DNA of 64,000 bases, from assembly GCA_037146995.1 (NCBI GenBank), contig JBAWWA010000002.1, positions 1,955-65,954 of the forward strand, read 5' to 3'. The position numbers and the translations under genes were made by a program. Source of the DNA: a bacterium (lineage in GTDB: Bacteria; Patescibacteriota; Patescibacteriia; Patescibacteriales; GWE2-39-37). Below the pieces are notes generated by a model. That model was not told the DNA's origin. It made no database searches and saw only the letters and a program-made list of their open reading frames with translations. This document shows positions 22,445 through 31,814 of this stretch, piece after piece (position 1 is the stretch's first letter; each line of letters opens with the position of its first letter).

Positions 22445-22681
22445 ATGATTAAAAAAAGACAAAGTCGCAACAACAAACTGAGTGGTTTTTTAGTACCGAT
22501 TGAACATTTTTGCAAAATCCAGCAACTATTCAATCACTCTAGGGCAGCTCGTCTGACAAATGCCAGTCAGGATTGTCCCCTATGCACCGGGACTATAGAA
22601 AACCAAACTGAATTTAAAAATGAACAAACCCAATCGATCATTAATCAATGCCCGAGTTGTTCAATTATTTACTCCAACTAG
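22445..22681 (+). CDS. small Cys-rich hypothetical protein (two CxxC)
   Basis: SD AGGAGG before ATG 22445; CPLC, CPSC. Confidence 0.65.
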   Translation: MIKKRQSRNNKLSGFLVPIEHFCKIQQLFNHSRAARLTNASQDCPLCTGTIENQTEFKNEQTQSIINQCPSCSIIYSN

Positions 22682-22705
22682 AACCTTACTCTCCAACTAA
22701 ATAAC

Positions 22706-22735
22706 AAAAACCCATGTCACGTGACATGGGTTTTT
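22706..22735. terminator. bidirectional terminator (perfect 30 bp palindrome)
   Basis: aaaaacccatgtcacgtgacatgggttttt between convergent genes. Confidence 0.75.
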
Positions 22736-22749
22736 AAATTGACCTGATC

Positions 22750-23070
22750 TTAAGCAATAGTTGCAATTTCAATTTTTGTGTATGGTTGGCGATGTCCAAC
22801 GTTACGCTTGTAACGAGTCTTGTTTTTGTATTTCACAACAGAAACCTTGTCAGCGCGACCGTGCTCAACAATTTTAGCCTCAACAATTTCGCCAAGCGAA
22901 GGCTTACCGATTTTCACATCTTCACCTTCGGCAGTCAATAAAGTTTCGAACTTCAAAATCGCACCTGCTTCAGCATCGAGCTTTTCCACTTTCAAAACAG
23001 ACCCTTGGGTAACTTTATACTGCTTACCACCAGTCTTAATTACGGCAATCTTTGACATATTTTTAAACAC
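22750..23070 (-). CDS. rplU: 50S ribosomal protein L21 (start 23070 GTG or 23058 ATG)
   Basis: AVIKTGGKQYKV, GHRQPYT. Confidence 0.98.
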   Translation of the reverse strand: MFKNMSKIAVIKTGGKQYKVTQGSVLKVEKLDAEAGAILKFETLLTAEGEDVKIGKPSLGEIVEAKIVEHGRADKVSVVKYKNKTRYKRNVGHRQPYTKIEIATIA

Positions 23071-23257
23071 TATTTAATATTCACCTCTATAATTTAGTCT
23101 TTTGACTTTAAACCTGTTTTTTAAACAAAAAACCGCCAACTCCATGACAGTACTACTATTATACTGATAATTACGATTTAGTCAAGTGTAAAAAACAAAA
23201 ATAAAATGACTAGTCATACATTATATTTCATTAATATTAGCCACAATTAACAAAATA

Positions 23258-24301
23258 TCAATTTTTTGAATTCAAAGTTTTTCTATCAATTAAGCTAAAA
23301 CCAACAATAATCAATATCATAGTTACAAATAATCCAATCAAAGCCATTATTTTACCACGACTTTGCAGAAATAAAGCAGACAAACCAAAAACCAAAGAAA
23401 AAGTGTAAAATATTAAAACTGTCAGGCGTTGGCCAAGGCCCAGGTCATATAAACGATGATGCAAGTGCTTTCTGTCAGCGGAACGAAACGGATTCTGACC
23501 ACCGAGTAAACGACGCAGTATTGTCCAACAGACATCAAGAATTGGAATACCCATAATCAACAAAGCAACAGCAAATTTACCGCCAGAGATTATGGCCAAG
23601 ACCCCTAAGGCATAGCCCAAAAATAATGATCCACCCTCACCTAAAAATATTTTTGCCGGATGAAAATTCCATAATAAAAAACCAAATATCGAACCAGCCA
23701 ATACAAGTGAGGCTAAACTGATATCCGGCTGAAAATAATGTGGCGTCAAGGTAAACAAAAAAATAATAATCGCACCAATACCTGAAACACCTGAAACCAG
23801 GCCATCCATGCCATCTAACAGCTTAGTCGTATACATCATACCCAGTAACCACAAGGTAATCAGTATTGGCGACCAATAGCTCAAATAAAAATAACCTCCG
23901 AAAGGACTTGAAACTCTTTCGATCTCAACCCCGCCCAAAATAACTGACACAATCGCCAAAACCGGAAAAATAAATTGCCAGCTTGGCTTTAAATTGTATT
24001 TGTCATCCAAGACACCACCCAACATAATTAATAAACCGCCAACAAAAAAACCAATATAATGACTAGGGCGAAGCATGGTCTGATCAAGTAAATGACTGCG
24101 TAAAAAAAACAGTACCAAAAAAAAGCTTAAAAAAACGGCACAACCACCAAGTAGTGGCATAGCACCCGTATGAATTTTTCGATCATCCGCCGGAATATCT
24201 AAAATTTTAAAGTACTTGGCAATTTTAATAGTTACCCAGGTCAAAAAAAATGACAGCAAAACTGTAAATAAAAAAGTATTAGAATAAAATAAATATGTCA
24301 T
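23258..24301 (-). CDS. MraY/WecA/TagO-family polyprenyl-phosphate sugar-1-phosphate transferase
   Basis: RKIH..PLLGG, GVLDDK, DGMDGL, NFHPAKIFLG, HLHH. Confidence 0.92.
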   Translation of the reverse strand: MTYLFYSNTFLFTVLLSFFLTWVTIKIAKYFKILDIPADDRKIHTGAMPLLGGCAVFLSFFLVLFFLRSHLLDQTMLRPSHYIGFFVGGLLIMLGGVLDDKYNLKPSWQFIFPVLAIVSVILGGVEIERVSSPFGGYFYLSYWSPILITLWLLGMMYTTKLLDGMDGLVSGVSGIGAIIIFLFTLTPHYFQPDISLASLVLAGSIFGFLLWNFHPAKIFLGEGGSLFLGYALGVLAIISGGKFAVALLIMGIPILDVCWTILRRLLGGQNPFRSADRKHLHHRLYDLGLGQRLTVLIFYTFSLVFGLSALFLQSRGKIMALIGLFVTMILIIVGFSLIDRKTLNSKN

Positions 24302-27036
24302 AATGACTTTGCTTTTTCTATTGTTGCTTCACCCTCATCATTTATAACCAAGATGTCACGACGCCTTAAATCGCCAGATAAAATATTATCAGCAATTTTA
24401 TTTTCTATCCTATCTTGCAACAAACGACGGAGTGGTCTGGCACCAAACTTAACATCATAACCCAATTTTGACAAGATTTTTACACCGGCCTCCGAATATC
24501 TCAAGCCAATCCCCTTCGCAGCTAAATTTTTACCAATTTTATCGAGTGACAACTTAGCAATAGAAAAAATATCGTTTTCAGTTAGGGGTTTAAAGACTAT
24601 TAAGCCATCAAAGCGATTTATCAGTTCTGGCCGCATAATCTGATTCAGGTGCTCGTTAACAAGAATTTCTTTTATCGCCTCCAGGGCGGTATTCTTTTTT
24701 ATCTCAGCTTGAATAAAATTTGCGCCGGCATTGGAAGTGGCAATGATAATACAATTAGTAAAATCAATGGTCTTGCCTGCGCCATCGGTTAAGCGCCCAT
24801 CGTCCATGACTTGTAAAAATAAATTCAGAATATCAGGATGCGCCTTTTCAAATTCATCCAGGAGTAGCAAACAGAAAGGTTTTTTTCTGACTGCCTCCGT
24901 TAAATAACCTTTATCATCTTCTGAAGTGCCGATCATTTTAGAAATTGAACCCTGATTCTGATATTCACTCATGTCTATTCTTACCATATATTGCTCCCCG
25001 CCAAAATAGGTTTTGGCCAAAGTCTTGGCTAACTCAGTTTTACCGACACCAGTCGGACCCAAAAATAAAAAACTGGCAATCGGTCGTTTACCTTCAGTTA
25101 ATTGAGTTCTTGCCCGTCGCAAACTTGCCGCAATCATATCAACCGCCTCCGTCTGCCCAATCATGAACTGATGCATATTCTCCTCCAGTTTTAACAACTC
25201 CTTACCCTCACCTGCCCCAACCTTGGTTAACAAAATCCCGGTTTGCTCGCTAACAATTTTTGCCACTGACTCTTTATTAATAAGACCCTTGGTTTTACTG
25301 TTGTGACTAACTGCTAAAGCATTCAATACGGCAATGGCCTTCTCTGGCAAATAACGATCATGTTCATATTTAGCCGTCATTACCACGGCTGCCTCGATGG
25401 CGCTGTATGCGAATCTCACATTATTCATACCTTCCAACTGTGAAATTTTACTTTCAAGCATTTCAATGGCCTGATTGATAGTCGGCTCTGTCACAACCAC
25501 TTTTTGCATAATATTATCGATCGGCTTACCCTCAATGTATTTACTATAACTTGTAGTCGATACAGTAGCTAGACAAATTAAATTAGCTTGTTCTAGTGAA
25601 TTAACTAAGACATCCGCCAAATCAAGACTCGCCTCGCTACCAGAGCTAATACCGACGATAGTTTCGATATTATTTACGACGATAATAATATTGGTCGCAA
25701 AAACCACTTCAGTTAACATCGCCAAAAGTCGCTCCTCGGCTTGCGCCGGATTAACACCACTGATCAAACGGGAGACATCAAGTTCGACCAAACGCTTATC
25801 TCTAAGTATTTCTGGTACGGTTTCGGCTACCATTAATTGAGCAAGTCCTCCAATGATATTTTTTTTACCAACCCCTTCATCACCAACCAAGAGCACACCC
25901 TTTTTACCAGATTTTAAGGCATCAAAAATGGCTATCATTTCTGATTCACGAGCCACGCAAATCGGTAAAGAAAAATATTTTGCAGCCTTGGTCAAATCAT
26001 GACTTAAAGTATTAAGCAGAGGCGTAGCCTGGGCCGTATAGGCCCTGTCCATGTTACTAGCAGGCTTAAAACGTGACAACTCTTTATATTGCTGATAATT
26101 TTCTATCAAATGGTCATTAATCCTAAACCAATTAACCGCATTTTTTACTTGCAATAAACTAATTTCGGCATCAAGGAAGAGCTCGGTTATAATTTGATCA
26201 AGCTCATAAAGGCCTGGCAAGACGTTTATCACCTTTACCCGAGCCTGCCCTAAGTAGTAAGCACTGAAATAACCATCCAACAAAGCCTGACGCAAGGCCA
26301 CGCTAAAGCTTGGAGTGCCTGATCTGGTCGGTAATTTAATTAATTGATTTTTAATTTTCGCTGCAAAATCACTCGCGTTCAATTCTAAGCGATAAAATAA
26401 CACCCTAACTTCATAATCTTTTAAAGCTGCATACAAGAGATGAAGCGGCTCAACCTCTAGGTGATTCATTTTTTGAGCCAGTAAAAAAGCATTATCGATC
26501 ACATCAAGGGCTCTCAGACGATAAGCATTAGCAATATTAATTTTCTGCTCACGACCAAGCTTACGCAGGTTTAGATTTATAACATCCAAATCATTCGCCG
26601 CCAAATCACCTTGCCCTGACTTATAAATAATCATCTGCCGACTAGCAATATTGAAACTAATCCTAAATGTCAAATACATTGCACAAAATAAGCCCAACCA
26701 AAAATAAAGTAAATAAGGGCTTTTTTGAGACCAAAAATTTAAGATTAAATAAATATCAGCCTTATTTTCAAATAACCAAAATATCAAACCACCTAAACCC
26801 AAAAGAGCGCTACCAAAAAGAAACAAATCAACAAATAAGCTAAGTATTTTTTTGAGTCGCCACAAATAAATTGTCGGGGGATTTATTGCGGCTTGCCAAA
26901 AGAACAAACGACCATTGAATAGATAAGCCAAGCCCGTGCCAGAGCACTCCCTGCATCGGCCATGCCTAACATTGAGACCCGTGCCGTGACAAGCCTGACA
27001 ATCGATTTTGGTGGTTTTTATTTCAGTTTTAAACAT
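24298..27036 (-). CDS. ClpA/B-family AAA+ ATPase with N-terminal Zn finger and TM helices
   Basis: CQACHGTG/CRECSGTG, two TM segments, Clp-N region, D2 GPTGVGKT, LLDEFEKAH, GARPLRR. Confidence 0.9.
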   Translation of the reverse strand: MFKTEIKTTKIDCQACHGTGLNVRHGRCRECSGTGLAYLFNGRLFFWQAAINPPTIYLWRLKKILSLFVDLFLFGSALLGLGGLIFWLFENKADIYLILNFWSQKSPYLLYFWLGLFCAMYLTFRISFNIASRQMIIYKSGQGDLAANDLDVINLNLRKLGREQKINIANAYRLRALDVIDNAFLLAQKMNHLEVEPLHLLYAALKDYEVRVLFYRLELNASDFAAKIKNQLIKLPTRSGTPSFSVALRQALLDGYFSAYYLGQARVKVINVLPGLYELDQIITELFLDAEISLLQVKNAVNWFRINDHLIENYQQYKELSRFKPASNMDRAYTAQATPLLNTLSHDLTKAAKYFSLPICVARESEMIAIFDALKSGKKGVLLVGDEGVGKKNIIGGLAQLMVAETVPEILRDKRLVELDVSRLISGVNPAQAEERLLAMLTEVVFATNIIIVVNNIETIVGISSGSEASLDLADVLVNSLEQANLICLATVSTTSYSKYIEGKPIDNIMQKVVVTEPTINQAIEMLESKISQLEGMNNVRFAYSAIEAAVVMTAKYEHDRYLPEKAIAVLNALAVSHNSKTKGLINKESVAKIVSEQTGILLTKVGAGEGKELLKLEENMHQFMIGQTEAVDMIAASLRRARTQLTEGKRPIASFLFLGPTGVGKTELAKTLAKTYFGGEQYMVRIDMSEYQNQGSISKMIGTSEDDKGYLTEAVRKKPFCLLLLDEFEKAHPDILNLFLQVMDDGRLTDGAGKTIDFTNCIIIATSNAGANFIQAEIKKNTALEAIKEILVNEHLNQIMRPELINRFDGLIVFKPLTENDIFSIAKLSLDKIGKNLAAKGIGLRYSEAGVKILSKLGYDVKFGARPLRRLLQDRIENKIADNILSGDLRRRDILVINDEGEATIEKAKSL

Positions 27037-27388
27037 TGAAATTTATAATTAAGCCCTTTATCAGGACAACTGGTAAAACCAACCACCCAGCCAAGAATAA
27101 TAGAGACAAAAAAACCCAAACCATCATTATGCTGCCCCGGAAAGCAATCTGCAGGCTTCGTATAAACAAACTTATTAAACGGCTAAAGATGTCCGTTTGG
27201 CCAAACATGGGGGTAAAAAGATTGGTCACCCAAACTAATAAGCCAAGACTGCTTTCACGGTGACTTAAAAATTCAAAAACAAACTTTATAGCGCCAAAAA
27301 AACCAATTGAATACCACCATAATGGAAAAATGGCTAAATTTAGCAAATTATTATAAAGTAAACTGTCCCTGCGAAGTGTATGATTCAT
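27029..27388 (-). CDS. hypothetical membrane protein overlapping the Clp ATPase start
   Basis: hydrophobic ORF (FPLWWY, NLFTPMFGQ), 8 nt overlap. Confidence 0.75.
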   Translation of the reverse strand: MNHTLRRDSLLYNNLLNLAIFPLWWYSIGFFGAIKFVFEFLSHRESSLGLLVWVTNLFTPMFGQTDIFSRLISLFIRSLQIAFRGSIMMVWVFLSLLFLAGWLVLPVVLIKGLIINFNV

Positions 27389-27479
27389 TGCTGTATTATA
27401 ACACAAAACATCAAAATACTAAAAGTTCTTAAAAATACCTCAAATCTTGATAATTATCAGTAGGATGTAATTATTTTAC

Positions 27480-27508
27480 TTGACAAATAACCATAAATAA
27501 CCTATTAT
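27480..27508 (+). promoter_or_regulatory. sigma70-type promoter of secE-nusG-rplK-rplA
   Basis: TTGACA-17 nt-TATTAT. Confidence 0.65.
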
Positions 27509-27604
27509 TTAAATATATTTACTGCCCACATTGGGTAGTTTTTTAAATCAAAAAATAAATTTAAGGATCAAGCATTTTTAAATTTATCATTAACATCCAA
27601 CGAG

Positions 27605-27796
27605 ATGAACAAATTAACCGCCTATATCAATGAGTCGATGGTTGAACTTAAAAAGGTTAGCTGGCCAACTCAAAAGCAAACACAGGGTTATACGATTTTA
27701 GTCTTAGGCATCAGTTTAGGCATGGCCATTTACCTCGGTCTTGTAGATACTGCCTTCAATTATGGTTTAAAATTATTTTTAACTCGCGGTTTATAA
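27605..27796 (+). CDS. secE: preprotein translocase SecE
   Basis: ELKKVSWPT motif with single TM; upstream of nusG. Confidence 0.96.
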   Translation: MNKLTAYINESMVELKKVSWPTQKQTQGYTILVLGISLGMAIYLGLVDTAFNYGLKLFLTRGL

Positions 27797-27804
27797 TTTT
27801 TAAT

Positions 27805-28350
27805 ATGGCAAAGCAATCAATCAATCAAGGTCGTCGCTGGTACGTGATTCACACTTACTCCGGGTACGAAGAAAACGTGACTCAAAGTTTAAAGCAAAGA
27901 ATCGAAACCATGGACATGGAAGACAAAATTTTTAATGTCTTAGTGCCGATCGAGAAAAAAATTAAAATCAAAAATGGCAAACGTAAAACCGTTGAGGAAA
28001 AAATCTTTCCTGGTTATGTTTTAGTGGAAATGGTTGTTAATGACGACTCCTGGTATGTAGTGCGTAATACGCCAAACGTTACTGGCTTTATCGGCACCGG
28101 TACTATTCCTACCCCGCTTGGCGACCATGAAGTCAAAGAGCTTCAAAAGCGCATGGGCGTTGAAGATCCAAAGTTTCAAATTGATGTTACCGTCAACTCA
28201 CCTGTCAAAATCATTGACGGTCCATTTAAAAATCTTGAAGGCAAAATTACAACCATTGATGAGGCTAAAGGCAAGGTCAAGGTTTTGGTTTCAATGTTTG
28301 GTCGCGAGACACCAGTAGAGCTAGATTTCTTGCAAATCAAAAAGATATAA
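27805..28350 (+). CDS. nusG: transcription factor NusG
   Basis: WYVIHTYSGYE, FPGYVLV, KOW, FGRETPVEL. Confidence 0.98.
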   Translation: MAKQSINQGRRWYVIHTYSGYEENVTQSLKQRIETMDMEDKIFNVLVPIEKKIKIKNGKRKTVEEKIFPGYVLVEMVVNDDSWYVVRNTPNVTGFIGTGTIPTPLGDHEVKELQKRMGVEDPKFQIDVTVNSPVKIIDGPFKNLEGKITTIDEAKGKVKVLVSMFGRETPVELDFLQIKKI

Positions 28351-28409
28351 ACAACTTAATACCTCCCTGCGCTTCTCTGGGATATTATATATAGAATAAT
28401 AAAAATTAT

Positions 28410-28832
28410 ATGGCTAAATTAGTAACTCAAATCAAATTACAAATTCCTGGCGGTCAGGCAAATCCTGCACCTCCGGTCGGTCCAGCCTTGGGTCAACACG
28501 GTCTACAGATACAGGCTTTTTGCCAGCAATTTAACGCTGCCACTTCTGACCGCATGGGCGAAGTCGTGCCAGTACTTATTAATGTTTATGATGATCGTAC
28601 CTTTACTTTCATCACCAAGACGCCACCAGCTGGTGAATTGATCAAGAAATTTGCCAAATTAAAAAGTGGTTCTAAAAAGTCAAAAACTGAAAAAGTTGGC
28701 TCTATTACTACTGAACAATTAAGAGAAATTGCCACCATCAAGCTACCAGATTTAAACACTGATAATGTGGACAATGCTATGCGCACGATTGCTGGCACAG
28801 CACGTCAAATGGGAGTAACTATCAAAGATTAA
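28410..28832 (+). CDS. rplK: 50S ribosomal protein L11
   Basis: [22 protein letters not shown]. Confidence 0.99.
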   Translation: MAKLVTQIKLQIPGGQANPAPPVGPALGQHGLQIQAFCQQFNAATSDRMGEVVPVLINVYDDRTFTFITKTPPAGELIKKFAKLKSGSKKSKTEKVGSITTEQLREIATIKLPDLNTDNVDNAMRTIAGTARQMGVTIKD

Positions 28833-28841
28833 TAATTAAAC

Positions 28842-28870
28842 GTGGGAGTCAAAGTTGACGCTATAACCAC
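28842..28870 (+). promoter_or_regulatory. putative L1-binding autoregulatory RNA site
   Basis: GTGG-GA-gtcaa/ttgac...ACCAC stem with asymmetric internal loop between rplK and rplA. Confidence 0.5.
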
Positions 28871-28881
28871 TAAATAAATGT

Positions 28882-29574
28882 ATGCCAAAAAAAGCACCAG
28901 CCAACAAGAAGGCAAAGCTAAAAGTTTATGATTACGACAAGACTAAGTCGTACAACGTGATCGAAGCGATCGAATTAGTAAAAAAATTCTCGAACTCAAA
29001 ATTTGATGCTTCCGTTGAAGCTCACTTCCGCCTAGGTATCGATGTCAAAAAAGGTGACCAGCAAATTCGCGCTGCCGTTAGTCTACCACACGGTACAGGC
29101 AAGACCGTAAAGGTCGCTGCCTTTGTACCAGCCGATAAAGAAGCTGATGCAAGAGCTGCCGGTGCTGACGTCGTCGGCGGTGAAGAGCTTATTGATGAAA
29201 TCAAAAAAACCGAGAAGACTGACTTTCAAGTCGCAATCGCCACGCCAGACATGATGAGATTACTTGCCCCAATTGCCAAAATTCTCGGCACACGTGGCCT
29301 TATGCCTTCACCAAAGAATGACACTGTCACAGTTGAGCCAGCCAAAGCAATTGCAGAAATTAAAAAAGGTAAAATTTCTTTCAAAAATGATGATGGCGGT
29401 ATTGTGCACATGAGTATTGGCAAAACCTCTTTTGAAGCGACAAAAATTTCAGAGAACTTAACTGCAGTTGTTGCCTTACTAAAGAAAATCAAGCCAGCTA
29501 AAGCCAAGGGTGTCTACATAAAATCAGTAACCATCTGTTCAACCATGGGTCCTGGCATCAAAGTCACACTTTAA
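28882..29574 (+). CDS. rplA: 50S ribosomal protein L1
   Basis: KFDASVE, LPHGTGK, GLMPSPK, STMGPG. Confidence 0.99.
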   Translation: MPKKAPANKKAKLKVYDYDKTKSYNVIEAIELVKKFSNSKFDASVEAHFRLGIDVKKGDQQIRAAVSLPHGTGKTVKVAAFVPADKEADARAAGADVVGGEELIDEIKKTEKTDFQVAIATPDMMRLLAPIAKILGTRGLMPSPKNDTVTVEPAKAIAEIKKGKISFKNDDGGIVHMSIGKTSFEATKISENLTAVVALLKKIKPAKAKGVYIKSVTICSTMGPGIKVTL

Positions 29575-29587
29575 AAGCGATATACAG

Positions 29588-29612
29588 AAAAACAACCGCA
29601 AGGTTGTTTTTT
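29588..29612 (+). terminator. intrinsic terminator after rplA
   Basis: aaaaacaacc-gcaa-ggttgttttt. Confidence 0.8.
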
Positions 29613-29670
29613 TGTTGACTTTTGGCAATTTAAGACCTAGGCTTATATTAACTATAATTAAACAAAATAT

Positions 29671-30426
29671 ATGTTTTATTTACTTGCGTTTTTATTCGTT
29701 ATTTTTGTAATTCTTCCAGGACTCAGAGTTGTTCAACAATACCAAAAAGGTGTGGTCTTTCGTTTTGGTAAAATTGTCAGAGAGTGCAACCCTGGCCTGA
29801 ATTGGGTCATTCCCTATATCGAATGGATGCGCAATATCGACATGCGCACAATCACTCTACCGATACCGCCACAGAAAATCATTACCAAGGATAATATTTC
29901 AGTTGATATTTCGGCCGTTGCCTATTACAAGATCATCGATCCTATTAAAAGCATTGTCGCCATTGAAAACGTCATGACGGCTATCAATCAAATTGCTCAA
30001 ACCACATTACGCAACAATGTTGGCCGCTTTCAATTAGATGAAATCCTTTCAGAACGTGACACTATTAACGCTGAAATCAGAAAAGTCCTTGATGGCCATA
30101 CCGAACCATGGGGGGTAATTGTTTCTCTCGTAGAAATAAAAGACATTGAGCTGCCAGAAAATATGCAACGTGCCATGGCTAAGCAAGCCGAGGCCGAGCG
30201 TGAGAAGCGCGCTAAAATTATCGCCGCTGAAGGTGAATTGCTGGCCTCTCTAAAATTAGGCGAAGCAGCGGATGTTATTGCGGCGCATCCAATCGCTTTA
30301 CAACTACGTAATTTACAAACTATGGCCGAAATCAGTATTGAAAAAAATTCGACTATCATCTTCCCGGCCCAATTAATGAGCACCGTAAATGATATTAAAA
30401 ATTTCATCAATGGTGAGAAAAAATAA
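29671..30426 (+). CDS. SPFH/band 7 stomatin-like protein
   Basis: VVFRFG, ITKDN, QTTLR, AEAEREKRA, LQLR. Confidence 0.95.
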   Translation: MFYLLAFLFVIFVILPGLRVVQQYQKGVVFRFGKIVRECNPGLNWVIPYIEWMRNIDMRTITLPIPPQKIITKDNISVDISAVAYYKIIDPIKSIVAIENVMTAINQIAQTTLRNNVGRFQLDEILSERDTINAEIRKVLDGHTEPWGVIVSLVEIKDIELPENMQRAMAKQAEAEREKRAKIIAAEGELLASLKLGEAADVIAAHPIALQLRNLQTMAEISIEKNSTIIFPAQLMSTVNDIKNFINGEKK

Positions 30427-30630
30427 ACCACTTATTTTTATAATTTTGTAATTTTTTACTATAAAACAGCAATAAAATTGCTGTTTTATTATGCTTTACT
30501 TTTTACCCCTATTAAATTAAAATATAAAGACTAAAATACTTATACACAAGGCCTTAAGGAGGGGCTTTGTTTTTGGTCGAGGGATAGCTCCCCAACATAC
30601 AAAAAGCCTTTAGCTAATAACTAAAAACCT

Positions 30631-31254
30631 ATGCAAACCCCCTTCAAACGTCCATCATGGGATGAATATTTCATGAAAATTACCGAAATCGTCGGCTCAA
30701 GAGGCACTTGTGACCGTGGTCGTTCAGGCTGCGTAATCACCAAGGAAAAAAGAATCATCTCCACAGGCTATGTCGGTTCCCCGATTAACACCATGCATTG
30801 CGATGAGGCAGGACATGAGATGCACACGGTAACTCACCCGGACGGCTCACAATCAAGACACTGCATCAGAACTACTCATGCCGAACAAAATGCTATTTGC
30901 CAAGCAGCACGAACAGGTATTGCCTTGGGTGGCGCTACCCTTTACTGCAAAATGACACCTTGCTACACCTGTGCAAAAATGATTATCAATTCAGGCATTG
31001 CCCGTGTCGTTTGCGATAATGACTATCATGCAGGCAAACGCAGTAAAGAAATATTCGCCGAGGCCGGCGTACAATTCAAGCTTTTGAACTCTGAGACAAT
31101 TACTTATGCTGATATGAAACCGGAGGCAAAAATAAACATAAAGATCAGCGAGACATTAAATCAGATTAAAGACACCGCAGTGCCTGTCAAGGTTATCTCA
31201 AACAGTCAGTTAACCGAAAATGACAACCTAGTGTCGGCAGAAATTCCACTATAA
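30631..31254 (+). CDS. dCMP deaminase (ComEB family)
   Basis: RPSWDEYFM, HAEQNAI, PCYTC. Confidence 0.93.
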   Translation: MQTPFKRPSWDEYFMKITEIVGSRGTCDRGRSGCVITKEKRIISTGYVGSPINTMHCDEAGHEMHTVTHPDGSQSRHCIRTTHAEQNAICQAARTGIALGGATLYCKMTPCYTCAKMIINSGIARVVCDNDYHAGKRSKEIFAEAGVQFKLLNSETITYADMKPEAKINIKISETLNQIKDTAVPVKVISNSQLTENDNLVSAEIPL

Positions 31255-31258
31255 AATT

Positions 31259-31813
31259 ATGGCAAAATTAATTATTGGCATTACCGGCCTTATGGCCTCT
31301 GGCAAAGGCACGGCAGCAAAATACATTGTTGATAACTACAGCGCCTCGTCACATCGCTTTTCGACCATGTTACGGGACACTTTGGATAGATATTATCTAC
31401 CTCATACTAGAGAAAATATGGTCACCGTATCAGAGATAATGCGGACTAGTTTCGGCCAAGATATTCTGGCTAAAGTAATGGCCGAAGATGCTAAAAATGA
31501 TGAAAAAGAAATTGTTGTAATCGAGGGCATCAGGCGCATGGCAGACATTACCCACCTGAGCAAACTCAATAATTTTGTCCTTGTGCAAATTATTGCTGAG
31601 CCAAAATTGAGACATTCAAGACTCTCGATACGCGGCGAAAATGCCGATGACAACACAAAAACTTACGACCAATTCATTCAAGACCACAATCTACCAACTG
31701 AAAAAACTATTCCTGAAGTCATGAATCAGGCCAAGGAAACATTGGACAATAATCTAGACATGAAAGAGCTTAGTGTCCAAATTGATAACTTGATAAAAAA
31801 ATTGATTTTATAA
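31259..31813 (+). CDS. P-loop nucleotide kinase (dNMP/dephospho-CoA kinase-like), copy 1
   Basis: GITGLMASGKGT, IEGIR, lid R..R. Confidence 0.75.
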   Translation: MAKLIIGITGLMASGKGTAAKYIVDNYSASSHRFSTMLRDTLDRYYLPHTRENMVTVSEIMRTSFGQDILAKVMAEDAKNDEKEIVVIEGIRRMADITHLSKLNNFVLVQIIAEPKLRHSRLSIRGENADDNTKTYDQFIQDHNLPTEKTIPEVMNQAKETLDNNLDMKELSVQIDNLIKKLIL

Positions 31814-31814
31814 T

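Noticed and set aside
22711-22730. Palindrome cccatgtcacgtgacatggg as a parS site (shares the TCACGTGA core; parAB are in the window)
   Set aside because: Only about 10/16 match to TGTTTCACGTGAAACA; A/T tails and position between convergent genes fit a bidirectional terminator
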